A DNA stretch of 64,000 nt from an uncultured Steroidobacteraceae bacterium (GTDB lineage Bacteria; Pseudomonadota; Gammaproteobacteria; Steroidobacterales; Steroidobacteraceae), in assembly GCA_964396335.1 (NCBI GenBank), contig CAYNEX010000001.1, forward strand, positions 762 through 64,761, in the 5' to 3' direction. The translations under genes and the position numbers were made by a program. The notes under the pieces were generated by a model. The model was not told the origin of the DNA and ran no database searches. It was given only the letters and a program-made list of their open reading frames with translations. This document shows positions 9,510 to 17,976 of the stretch, piece by piece. Position 1 is the stretch's first letter. Every line of letters begins with the position of its first letter.

Positions 9510-10916
9510 ATGATCAAGCGCATCCTTCCCCTGCTGCTGCTGGTCGCCGCACCCTTCGCTGCTGCGGATTCCAACGACGACCTGTTCGAGGCCGCCGGCC
9601 AGGGCGATGTGGGCCGTCTTTCGCAGGCGCTGGAGCACGGCGCCGAGCCGGATGCGCGCGGTGCCGGTGAAATCACGCCGCTGATGCTGTCGGCCGAACG
9701 AGGCCACCTGGATGTGGTGCGCGCGCTGCTGGCCGCGGGCGCGAACGTGCATGCGCAGCGTGCCGGTGGCATCACGCCGCTGATGCATGCCGCCGCCTGT
9801 GGCAACCCGGGCCTGGTCAAATTGCTGCTGGACGCGGGTGCGAAGGTGGATGCGCGCGCCACCGACCAGGGTATCTCCGCGCTGCGTGTCGCCGTGGCCA
9901 CCGGTTCGCTGGATGTCGCCCGCCTGCTGCTTGAGTCCGGCGCCGATCGCAATGAGGTCGATGAAAGCGGTGCGCGCCTGCTGTTCACTGCCGCCGGTGC
10001 AGGCTCGGTGCCGCTGCTCGAGCTGCTGCTGGTGGAAGGCGAGGACGTCAACCACAAGCGCAGGGAGGGGGGCTACACCGCGCTGGATGTCGCCCTTGAA
10101 CGCCATCACTGGGCGGCCGCGCAATACCTGCTGGAACATGGCGCGACGCTGGCCGCCTCGATGACCGGCAAGGACGGCGTGCTGCGCAAGCTGCTGGAAC
10201 TGGAACCGGTGCTGCAGCCGCAGCGACAGAACACGCTGGTGCAGTCGGTGGAGATGCCCAGCGCCGAACTGTTCCGCGCCGTGCTGGCGCAGGGCGCCAC
10301 GACCAGCTATCGCGACGAGAAGGGCAACACGCTGCTGATGCTGGCTGCCAATCGCCATCATGTCACCGGCATCGAGGCGCTGCTGGCGACCGGTGCCGAT
10401 GTGCACGCACGCAATGCCGATGGTGACACGGCGCTTTCGATCGCCGCCGGCAAGAGCGAATACGAGCTGATCGTGGCCGGCATCGGCATGGCGCTGGGGC
10501 AGGACCGTGAATCGCTGATGCGCGTGATCTTCCGTCCGGCTGCCAAGAGCCACGAGTCCCCGTCGACCGCCAGGCGCCTGCACATCGCGCGTCTGCTGCT
10601 GGCGGCGAAGGCCGACCCCAATGTGGCCGATGCCAACGGCAACACGCCGCTCATGGAAGCCACGCGCACCGGCGATGCCGAACTGGTGTCGCTGCTGATC
10701 GAGGCCGGTGCCGGCGTCAATGCGCGCAACAGCCACGGCAGTGCGCCGGTGCTGATGGCGGCGCAGTTCGGCATGCAGGAAATCGCCGGCACGCTGCTGG
10801 CGGCCCGCGCCGATCTGGACGTGCGCGATGCCGACGGCAAGGGTCCGCTGGACCTGGCCCGTGCCGGCGGCCATGACGGCCTGGTGCGCCTGCTGGAGCA
10901 GGCCCGGCTGAACTGA
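9510..10916 (+). CDS. Secreted ankyrin-repeat protein (at least 10 repeats)
   Basis: 468 aa. Sec signal MIKRILPLLLLVAAPFAAADS. Repeated TPLM..A...GH..VV..LL..GA.V.A units, e.g. TPLMLSAERGHLDVVRALLAAGANVHAQ and TPLMHAAACGNPGLVKLLLDAGAKVDAR. Confidence 0.9.
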   Translation: MIKRILPLLLLVAAPFAAADSNDDLFEAAGQGDVGRLSQALEHGAEPDARGAGEITPLMLSAERGHLDVVRALLAAGANVHAQRAGGITPLMHAAACGNPGLVKLLLDAGAKVDARATDQGISALRVAVATGSLDVARLLLESGADRNEVDESGARLLFTAAGAGSVPLLELLLVEGEDVNHKRREGGYTALDVALERHHWAAAQYLLEHGATLAASMTGKDGVLRKLLELEPVLQPQRQNTLVQSVEMPSAELFRAVLAQGATTSYRDEKGNTLLMLAANRHHVTGIEALLATGADVHARNADGDTALSIAAGKSEYELIVAGIGMALGQDRESLMRVIFRPAAKSHESPSTARRLHIARLLLAAKADPNVADANGNTPLMEATRTGDAELVSLLIEAGAGVNARNSHGSAPVLMAAQFGMQEIAGTLLAARADLDVRDADGKGPLDLARAGGHDGLVRLLEQARLN

Positions 10917-10978
10917 CCAACCGGGGTTCTCTCCCCGCCTGCTGACCGGCCCATCGCCCGGCAATGGCTCCAAGGAGG

Positions 10979-11008
10979 CATTCCGGCGTGGCTCCCCGCG
11001 CCGGAATG
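10979..11008 (+). terminator. Hairpin downstream of the ankyrin gene (possible terminator, no U-tract)
   Basis: 10-bp inverted repeat CATTCCGGCG/CGCCGGAATG with a 10-nt loop, about 60 nt after the stop at 10916. Confidence 0.3.
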
Positions 11009-11110
11009 ACTACACCCTCGGAGCGATGATCGCCCGGGGCGCGATCCAGACAATGCACTCCAACGGGCCCGGACATCGGGTCCGATCAAGGACGTACTGG
11101 AGTCGCTTTC

Positions 11111-11674
11111 ATGATGAATCGCATCACCTTCGGGCTGGCCGCATCCGTGGCTGCCCTGACCCTGAACCTCACCTTTGTTTCGCTGGTCCTGCCCCGGCCG
11201 GCGGTCGCAAACGACCTGGCGCCACCCCCCGCCAGGGTCGCGACCGCCGGTCGCGCAGATCCGCTCATCGAGCGTGGCCGCTACGTGGCCATGATGGGTG
11301 GCTGCCATGACTGCCATACCGGTGGTTACGCTGACGCCGCCGGCCAGGTGCCGGCCGAGCGCTGGCTGACCGGCACGGAGGTGGGTTTCAAGGGCCCCTG
11401 GGGGGTCTCCTATCCCACCAACCTGCGCCTGTCGGTGCAGCGCATGAGCGAGGAGCAGTGGCTGACCTATGCGCGCGCGCCGCGCCTGCCGCCGATGCCC
11501 TGGTTCAACCTGCGGGACATGGCCGATGAAGACCTGCGCGCGTTGTACCGCTTCCTGCGCGACATCGGTCCCAGCGGCAAGCCGGCGCCGATGCCGGTGG
11601 GCCCGGACGCCACGGTCACCACGCCCTTCATCAACTTCGTGCCCCAGGAACCCGCGTTGACCGCGACGCGCTGA
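11111..11674 (+). CDS. Monohaem c-type cytochrome, secreted
   Basis: 187 aa. N-terminal signal or anchor, then a single CxxCH haem motif (MMGGCHDCHTGGY) and a distal MPWF (likely Met ligand region). Confidence 0.8.
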   Translation: MMNRITFGLAASVAALTLNLTFVSLVLPRPAVANDLAPPPARVATAGRADPLIERGRYVAMMGGCHDCHTGGYADAAGQVPAERWLTGTEVGFKGPWGVSYPTNLRLSVQRMSEEQWLTYARAPRLPPMPWFNLRDMADEDLRALYRFLRDIGPSGKPAPMPVGPDATVTTPFINFVPQEPALTATR

Positions 11675-11982
11675 ACCACACTCATTTCAGGGAAGAACCA
11701 CCCTGTCGATCAGGAAACTCCTCGTTGCCACGGCGCTGCTGCTGTCCGCCGCCAGCCCGGTGTTCGCCGACTGCGCTGCCGACGCCACTGTGCGCGAAGT
11801 ACGTGATGCTTTCGCGCGCGGCCAGCAGAACGAACAGGAAGGTGATGCGCGTGCCGCGCTGGCGGCCTACGTGGCCGCGCAGCAGTACACCTGCGATCCC
11901 AATCCGGTGGCCGGCCAGGCCGCAGCGCGGGCCGCGACACTGGCCAGGTCGCTGGGTGACGCCGCCCGCGCCAGCGGCGACC

Positions 11983-12159
11983 ATGCGGCGCGAGGTGCTC
12001 GAGCTCGTGGCATCCGGCGCCAGCAACAAACATATCGCCCGCGCGCTGGACCTGAGCCTGCACACGGTCAAGCGCCACGTCTGCAACATCCTCGACAAGC
12101 TCGACTGCGATTCGCGCGGCCAGGCCGCCGACCTGTTCCGCCGCAGCCTGCGCGCCTGA
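11983..12159 (+). CDS. LuxR/GerE-type HTH-only ORF (58 aa), possibly the remnant of a longer regulator
   Basis: MRREVLELVASGASNKHIARALDLSLHTVKRHVCNILDKL matches the LuxR C-terminal HTH. There is no receiver or ligand domain upstream in frame. Third-position G/C bias switches frame at about 11980 (see findings). Confidence 0.4.
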   Translation: MRREVLELVASGASNKHIARALDLSLHTVKRHVCNILDKLDCDSRGQAADLFRRSLRA

Positions 12160-12211
12160 TGGCTCTTTGGGCGCATGACCCGGGGGCCGGCCGGCCCCGA
12201 TACTGGCTCCC

Positions 12212-12631
12212 ATGCAGGAACCGCGTGCCACGCCATCACCCGCCAGCCTGGATTTCCCGCTCGCGCTGATCGAGGAATTCCGCGCCAGCTATGCACCGGA
12301 CATCGTCTGGACGGCGCCCCGTCGCGGGGTGCAATGGTCGGGCCGTGACCAGGTGGTCACCAACCTGCTGCGCGAGGCGGCGGCGATGCAATCGCTGACC
12401 TTCACGCGCGTGCGCCGCAGCCGCAGCGACGAGAAGGTCATCGACGAGTTCGTGGTGCGATTCGTTTATGCCGGCGAGGGCATCGAGAACCTGCAGTTTC
12501 CGCCCGGCGCCGCCGTGGAACTGGAGCGGGTGCGTATCCTGGAATTGGCGGGCCAGCAGGTGGTGCGCGAAGCGGCGATCGAGACCTGGACGCTGCTGGC
12601 GCAGCGCGCCGCGGGTGCCGTCACTCCGTGA
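12212..12631 (+). CDS. Small NTF2-like/SnoaL-like protein (cytoplasmic)
   Basis: 139 aa with strong third-position G/C bias. Pattern of an N-terminal helix and a C-terminal beta-sheet (VELERVRILELAGQQVVREAAIETW) is consistent with the NTF2-like fold. The 3' end overlaps the convergent gene by 11 nt. Confidence 0.55.
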   Translation: MQEPRATPSPASLDFPLALIEEFRASYAPDIVWTAPRRGVQWSGRDQVVTNLLREAAAMQSLTFTRVRRSRSDEKVIDEFVVRFVYAGEGIENLQFPPGAAVELERVRILELAGQQVVREAAIETWTLLAQRAAGAVTP

Positions 12632-13115
12632 ACACCACCAGCTTGCGCGAGCGGATCCGCCAGCGGCCGTCCTGCTTCACCAGACGGTCCTCGGAGCGCC
12701 CGAATCCACCGGCGACATAGCGGTTCTCGTCATTGCGGCGCAGGGTCTGCCAGTACGACTGGTACAGCGCCTCGTTGTCGCCGGTGAATGAAATCCGTTC
12801 ATTGCTGATCACATGGTAGAGGCGGCCGGCCGGTCGGCCCGCCTCGCGGTTGGCCTGCTGGCGCGCGGCCATGTCGGTCACCACCCTGCGGATGGCTTCG
12901 TGCCCCTTGATCAGGGTGCCGTTCGAATCGATCTCGGCGTCTTCGGTGAACACCGCCACGTAACCTTCCGCGTCCAGCGAGTCCACGCTCCACACGTACT
13001 GCTGCATCACTTCGTGGATGGCAGCGCGGTCGTCGAGGCGCGCCTGGAAACCGGCGGACTGGGACAGTGCCGGCAGCGATGCGGCCAGCAGCAGGAGGGG
13101 CAGCAGTCTTCGCAT
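12621..13115 (-). CDS. Secreted SnoaL_4-type NTF2-like protein
   Basis: The supplied ORF was trimmed to the internal ATG (13115), giving signal peptide MRRLLPLLLLAASLPALSQSAG. Hallmark LDDRAAIHEVMQQYVWSVDSLDAEGYVAVFTEDAEID. Terminal strand KQDGRWRIRSRKL. Confidence 0.75.
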   Translation of the reverse strand: MRRLLPLLLLAASLPALSQSAGFQARLDDRAAIHEVMQQYVWSVDSLDAEGYVAVFTEDAEIDSNGTLIKGHEAIRRVVTDMAARQQANREAGRPAGRLYHVISNERISFTGDNEALYQSYWQTLRRNDENRYVAGGFGRSEDRLVKQDGRWRIRSRKLVVFTE

Positions 13116-13341
13116 GGTTGCACCTGGGGCGGTCGGGGTGTCGGGGACTATACCGCCGGGGAGGGCGCCGGAAAGCGAAGCCGGCGGCAGGGCGCCGCGC
13201 TTCTGCCCGTTCCTGCAAGAACCAGCACCTCTCTGGTCATTCCTTTCGAGGACACTTGCGCCACGCTTGCGGACTGAGATCATCCGCCCCGGTGAGGGCA
13301 GCGGACATTCACGGATCGGCCAACGGCCCAGGAAGGACAGC

Positions 13342-15504
13342 ATGAGCACGCTTCGCCATATCCAGCGCGCGGGATTCCTCTGCATGGCACTGCTGGCAGG
13401 CATGCTGGCCACGCCGCTGCAGGCCGCCCAGGCGGACAACACCGCGCTCGACGAGCTGGCCCGCGACACCGAACGCGCCGAGGCCATCCGCGCCGTGAAG
13501 AAGCTGCAGCATGCCTATTCGCAGTATGCGCAATACGGCCTGTGGAGCGACCTGGGCGCGCTGTTCGCCCGTGACGGCGAGTGGATCTGGGGCGATACCA
13601 CCGTGACGGGCCCGGCCGCGATCACCGCACATCACACCGACAAGGTGGGCGGCGGCCGCGCCGGCCTGCCCGAGGGTGTGGTCAACAGCCTGTTCGTCGA
13701 CGTGCCGCTGGTGAACCTGTCGGTGGATGGAAAGACCGCGCAGGCGCGCTGGTATGGCATCCACATGCTGGGCGGCGCGGCGGACGCGCGCTGGGAAAGC
13801 GGCACCTTCCAGAACGACTACGTGCTCGAGGACGGCGTCTGGAAGATTGCGCGCCTGCATTTCCACCCGCAGTTCGGCGGACCGTATGAGCAGGGCTGGA
13901 AGACCTTTGCCAGCCCACTGCCGCGCGTGCCTTATCACTTCAGGACCGAGGCGGAAGCAGGCACCCCGATTCCGCCGCCGTCAGGGCCCGCGCCGCGCAC
14001 GCGGGCAACGCTCGCCAGCCTCGAGAAGCGCATCGACACGCTCAATGCCGAGGATGCCGCGCGCAACCTGCAGAACGCGTATGGCTATTACGTCGACCGC
14101 AAGATGTGGGATGACGTCACCGACCTGTTCACCGCCGACGGCGTGCTCGAACTGGGCGGCATCGGCCTGTATGACGGCCCGGCCAACATCCGCCGCGCGC
14201 TGGAGCGGCATGGACCGGCCGGCCTGAAGGAAGGGCAGCTGCACGATCACCCGCTGTTCGACACCAATATCGAGATCTCGGCCGACGGCATGGAGGCGCA
14301 GCTGCGTGGCCTCGAGCTCGGCATGCTCGGCGACTACAGCAGCGGCACTGCGCACTGGGCCGTCAGTGTGTTCGTGAACCGTTTCGTGAAGCAGGATGGC
14401 GTGTGGAAGATCCGCGAGATGCGGGTGTTCCCGTTGCTGAAGACCGACTTCTACCAGGGCTGGGGCAAGAGCCGCATCGGCGTTGAAACGCCGGAGCAGC
14501 GCTTCGCGCCGAACCGGCCGCTGCCGGCTGCGGATGCGGGCGCGAACCTGATTCCCGCTTTCCTGCCGCATCCGGTCACCGGCCGTGAGGCCAGCTATCC
14601 GCGCGGCGCGCGCGTGGCGGCGAAGTCGCGGCTGCTGCCGGCGCCGGCCGCGCCGAAGGTGCAGGCTGTCGCGGGTTCGACCGATGAACGCATCGCCGAG
14701 GCGCGCCGCCGGCTGGCGCTGTCGATGGCATGGGATGGCGCGGCCAACATCACCGCCGCCTACACGCACTACATCGACGACAGCCAGTGGACCAGCATGG
14801 GCGCGATCTTCGCCCGCAACGGCAACAAGCAGGTGCCGTTCAATGGTTATTACATCGGGCCGGAGCGCATCGCGCATCGCCCCGGCGCTCGACCGGCGCC
14901 CAACGGCACCAATCCCGGCAATGGTGGCTGGCACTGGCTGATGCAGCCGGTGATCCACGTCGCGCCGGACGGACGTTCGGCCAAGATGCGCACGCGCCTG
15001 TTCCATCCGCTGCCCACCGCCACCGGCGGCATGATGGAAGGCGGCATGTATCCGAACAACCAGGCCGTGCTGGAGGACGGTGTCTGGAAATTGTGGACCA
15101 TCACCATCGACGAGCCGTATTTCACCGGCCGCTGGCCGACCGGCTGGGCGCGGCCGGCACCGCCGGCTCCGCCGCGCGGCGCAGCCGCCGGGGCACCGGG
15201 AGCGGCTGCCGGCGCTCCACGCGGTGGCGGCGGGGCCGGAAGTGCGCCGGCCACACCGCCGTTGCCGGGCGCCATCCTCTATCCGCCCAACATCTCCAAT
15301 GCGCTGCTCGGCCGCCGCATGGAAGGTTTCGTCGGCGGCACCGGTGAGCCCGTCCGCTGGCCCGGCCTGCTGCCGATGTGGTTCCACTACAAGAATCCGG
15401 TCAGCGGCCGGGAGCCGGAGCGCTACTGGCCCAACTGCGCCACCTGCGAATACGCACCCGGCACCAGCATGGACCAGTACGGCTACCTGCTGCCGGAGAC
15501 CTGA
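13342..15504 (+). CDS. Secreted protein with three tandem NTF2-like (SnoaL_4-type) modules
   Basis: The supplied ORF was trimmed to ATG 13342 (AGGAAGGA RBS; signal peptide ...ATPLQAAQA). Three modules each begin with an A.R.LQ.AY..Y.D...W helix and end with an EDGVWKI-type strand plus GW. Gly/Ala/Pro linker at about 15140-15270. C-terminal PHPVTG and KNPVSG motifs. Confidence 0.8.
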   Translation: MSTLRHIQRAGFLCMALLAGMLATPLQAAQADNTALDELARDTERAEAIRAVKKLQHAYSQYAQYGLWSDLGALFARDGEWIWGDTTVTGPAAITAHHTDKVGGGRAGLPEGVVNSLFVDVPLVNLSVDGKTAQARWYGIHMLGGAADARWESGTFQNDYVLEDGVWKIARLHFHPQFGGPYEQGWKTFASPLPRVPYHFRTEAEAGTPIPPPSGPAPRTRATLASLEKRIDTLNAEDAARNLQNAYGYYVDRKMWDDVTDLFTADGVLELGGIGLYDGPANIRRALERHGPAGLKEGQLHDHPLFDTNIEISADGMEAQLRGLELGMLGDYSSGTAHWAVSVFVNRFVKQDGVWKIREMRVFPLLKTDFYQGWGKSRIGVETPEQRFAPNRPLPAADAGANLIPAFLPHPVTGREASYPRGARVAAKSRLLPAPAAPKVQAVAGSTDERIAEARRRLALSMAWDGAANITAAYTHYIDDSQWTSMGAIFARNGNKQVPFNGYYIGPERIAHRPGARPAPNGTNPGNGGWHWLMQPVIHVAPDGRSAKMRTRLFHPLPTATGGMMEGGMYPNNQAVLEDGVWKLWTITIDEPYFTGRWPTGWARPAPPAPPRGAAAGAPGAAAGAPRGGGGAGSAPATPPLPGAILYPPNISNALLGRRMEGFVGGTGEPVRWPGLLPMWFHYKNPVSGREPERYWPNCATCEYAPGTSMDQYGYLLPET

Positions 15505-15605
15505 GCGGCGTCGGAAGCGGCTGGCAACCGAAAGGCGCGGTTTCCGGGTTCCCTTCCGGCGATGCAGCGGCGATTCTCGATCGCTCTGTATCGCTGGAAG
15601 CACCC

Positions 15606-16070
15606 ATGATCGAAGACATCGGACCGCGTCCCCAATCCTTCGACCTGGAAAAAGCCACGGTCGACAACCCGCATTACCGCAGCGTGGCCTGGAGCGGTCG
15701 CTACCTGCAGGTCACCCTGATGTCCATCGAACCGGGCAAGGACATCGGCCTCGAGAAACATGGCGAGACCGACCAGTTCCTGCGGCTGGATGCGGGCCGC
15801 GGCCGCGTGCAGATGGGTCCGGAGAAAGACCAGCTGACCTTCGACCGGGAAGTCTCGGATGGCTGGTGTGTGCTGGTGCCGGCCGGCACCTGGCACAACA
15901 TCACCAACATCGGTGATGAACCGATGCGGCTTTACGCCATCTACGCCCCGACGCACCACAAGCCGGGCAAGATCCACCGCTCGGCCGAGGAAGGCGAGGC
16001 GGACCAGGATGACGATCCGCCGGAATGGTCGGTGCAGCCCCGCGGCACCGAACCCGACGAGCACGCCTGA
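15606..16070 (+). CDS. Cupin-domain protein with an acidic C-terminal tail
   Basis: The supplied ORF was trimmed to ATG 15606. Cupin motifs GLEKHGETDQFLRL and GWCVLVPAGTWHNITNIGDEPMRLYAIYAP. Confidence 0.8.
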   Translation: MIEDIGPRPQSFDLEKATVDNPHYRSVAWSGRYLQVTLMSIEPGKDIGLEKHGETDQFLRLDAGRGRVQMGPEKDQLTFDREVSDGWCVLVPAGTWHNITNIGDEPMRLYAIYAPTHHKPGKIHRSAEEGEADQDDDPPEWSVQPRGTEPDEHA

Positions 16071-16128
16071 GCATTTCTGGCCTCGGTGAGGGTTGCGCGC
16101 TAGCCTTGGGACAACACGGGGGTAGCGC

Positions 16129-17976
16129 ATGCCGTCACGACGCGATTTCCACAGGCTCTCGATCGCCGCGGCGGTAGGCGGTCTTGCCGGCGCGCGGTTT
16201 GCGCAGGCGGCGTCACCGACGCCGCTGGCGCTGCCCGAGCTGCCCCCGCCGCCCAGCTTGCGTCCCGAACTGTATGGCACGCATGGCATGGTGGCGGCGG
16301 CCACCTCCTATACGGTGAATGCCGGCACACGCATCCTGGCCGCCGGAGGCAATGCATTTGATGCCGGCGTGGCCGCGGTGTTTGCCGCCGCCGTCAACGA
16401 GATCTCGCACTTCGGCATGGGCGGTGAAGCGCCGGCCATCGTCTACCAGGCTTCCAATGGCAAGGTGACGGTGATCAGCGGCCAGGGCACCGCGCCGGCC
16501 GCGGCGCGGCCCGCGCATTTCATCGCCAATGGCGTGATCCCCGGCAATGGCCCCAATGGCGGCACATTGCCGGCGGTGGTCGACGCGATGGCGCGGACAC
16601 TGCAGAACTTCGGCACCATGTCGCTGGCGCAGGTCCTCGAGCCGGCCATTGAGCTGGCCGATGGTTTCCCGATGTATGGAATCCTGCGCGATTCGCTGCT
16701 GGCGCACCGTCGCAATACCGTGCGCTGGGAATGGTCGCGCCGCACCTACTACCCCGACAACCGCGTACCCGAACCGGGCGAGATGTTCCGCCAGCCCAAC
16801 CTCGCGGCCACATTGCGCGCGCTGGTGTCGGCGGAACGCGCGGCACTGGCACGCGGCGCGGGTCGGGCAAAGGCGATCGAGGCCGGTCGCGATGTGTTCT
16901 ACAAGGGCGATGTCGGCAAGCGCATCGCCGCGGCTGTCCAGGCTGATGGCGGACTGATGCGGCATGAGGACCTGGCGAATTACCAGGGCCGCCTCGAGGA
17001 GCCGCTGACCACGCGCTTTGCGGGCTATGACATCCACAAGGCCGGCTTCTGGAGCCAGGGTCCGGCGCTGCTGATGACGCTGAACATCCTCGATGCCGCC
17101 GGCATCCAGCGCATGCGGCACAACAGCGCGGACTACCTGCACACGCTCACCGAGGCGATCAAGCTGGCCTTCGACGACCGCAATGCGTGGTTCGGTGATC
17201 CGCTGCATGTCGAGGTGCCGGCGGAAGGCCTGCTGTCGAAGTCCTATGCCGCCGAGCGCGCGAAGCTGATCGGGCAGCAGGCGTCGATGGAACATCGTTA
17301 TGGCAACCCCCATGCCCACCAGCGCGGAGGCCGGGCGCCGCGCGTGCGTTTCGAGCCACGGCAGCTGCGTCGACCCGGCGATCCCACTGCCGACACCACC
17401 GCCATCGAGGTGGTGGACGCAAAGGGCAACCTGTTCAGCTGCACGCCCAGCTCCGGCTGGCTGATGGGTGGTGCCTACATTGCCGGTGACACCGGCGTGC
17501 CGATGAGCAACCGCCTCACCGTGTTCGACCTGGATCCGGCCAGTCCCAATGTGCTGGCCGGTGGCAAGCGTCCGCGCACCACGCTGACACCGTCGATCGT
17601 GACGCGCGACGGCAAGCCTTTCATGGCCGTGGGCACGCCGGGTGGCGACAGCCAGGACCAGCACATCCTGCAGACGCTGCTGAATGTCATCCTCGGCGGT
17701 TACAACCTGCAACAGGCGCTGGAGGCGCCGCGGCTGCAGTCGGTGCATTTCCATGCCTCGTTCGCCGAGAAACGCGAGCTGCCGGGCATGCTCGAGATCG
17801 AGTCGCGCTTCGGTGCCGACATCATCACTTCGCTGATGCGCCGCGGCCATCGCGTCAGCGTGGTGGGCAGCTATGACATCGAGACGGCCGGGGTGGCCGT
17901 TGGCCTTGATCCCCGCTACGGCACATTGCGGGGCGGCGCCGACATCCGCGGCGAGCGGCAGGTGTTCGGCTGGTGA
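16129..17976 (+). CDS. ggt: Gamma-glutamyltransferase family protein with a Tat signal
   Basis: 615 aa. Twin-arginine SRRDFHRL with a hydrophobic region ending AQA. Autoprocessing/nucleophile region DTTAIEVVDAKGNLFSCTPSSG. Small-subunit motif GTPGGDSQDQ. Confidence 0.9.
   Translation: MPSRRDFHRLSIAAAVGGLAGARFAQAASPTPLALPELPPPPSLRPELYGTHGMVAAATSYTVNAGTRILAAGGNAFDAGVAAVFAAAVNEISHFGMGGEAPAIVYQASNGKVTVISGQGTAPAAARPAHFIANGVIPGNGPNGGTLPAVVDAMARTLQNFGTMSLAQVLEPAIELADGFPMYGILRDSLLAHRRNTVRWEWSRRTYYPDNRVPEPGEMFRQPNLAATLRALVSAERAALARGAGRAKAIEAGRDVFYKGDVGKRIAAAVQADGGLMRHEDLANYQGRLEEPLTTRFAGYDIHKAGFWSQGPALLMTLNILDAAGIQRMRHNSADYLHTLTEAIKLAFDDRNAWFGDPLHVEVPAEGLLSKSYAAERAKLIGQQASMEHRYGNPHAHQRGGRAPRVRFEPRQLRRPGDPTADTTAIEVVDAKGNLFSCTPSSGWLMGGAYIAGDTGVPMSNRLTVFDLDPASPNVLAGGKRPRTTLTPSIVTRDGKPFMAVGTPGGDSQDQHILQTLLNVILGGYNLQQALEAPRLQSVHFHASFAEKRELPGMLEIESRFGADIITSLMRRGHRVSVVGSYDIETAGVAVGLDPRYGTLRGGADIRGERQVFGW

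Noticed and set aside
8766-10973. A 735-aa minus-strand ORF, together with the overlapping 508-aa ORF at 8531-10057.
   Set aside because: Both are antisense to the TauE/SafE and ankyrin genes, which have clear family motifs. The translations are low-complexity Arg/Gly/His/Gln strings.
11760-12269. The 169-aa ORF treated as one intact gene.
   Set aside because: Third-position G/C bias collapses after about 11985, where the +1 frame (LuxR HTH) takes over. The signal-peptide-like part upstream lacks a canonical start. It is reported instead as a possible scar or frame-switch.
13018-13341. N-terminal extensions offered by the ORF track, here and at 15378, 25062-26645, 26400, 34815-35642, 39588, 43381, 44458-45606, 45673-46131, 46041, 52461-53735, 55850, 57147, 61813 and 62076.
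   Set aside because: The extensions are Arg/Pro/Gly-rich with poor coding character. Internal ATG or GTG codons are preceded by SD-like sequences and give proper signal peptides or family-typical N-termini, so the CDS starts were trimmed.
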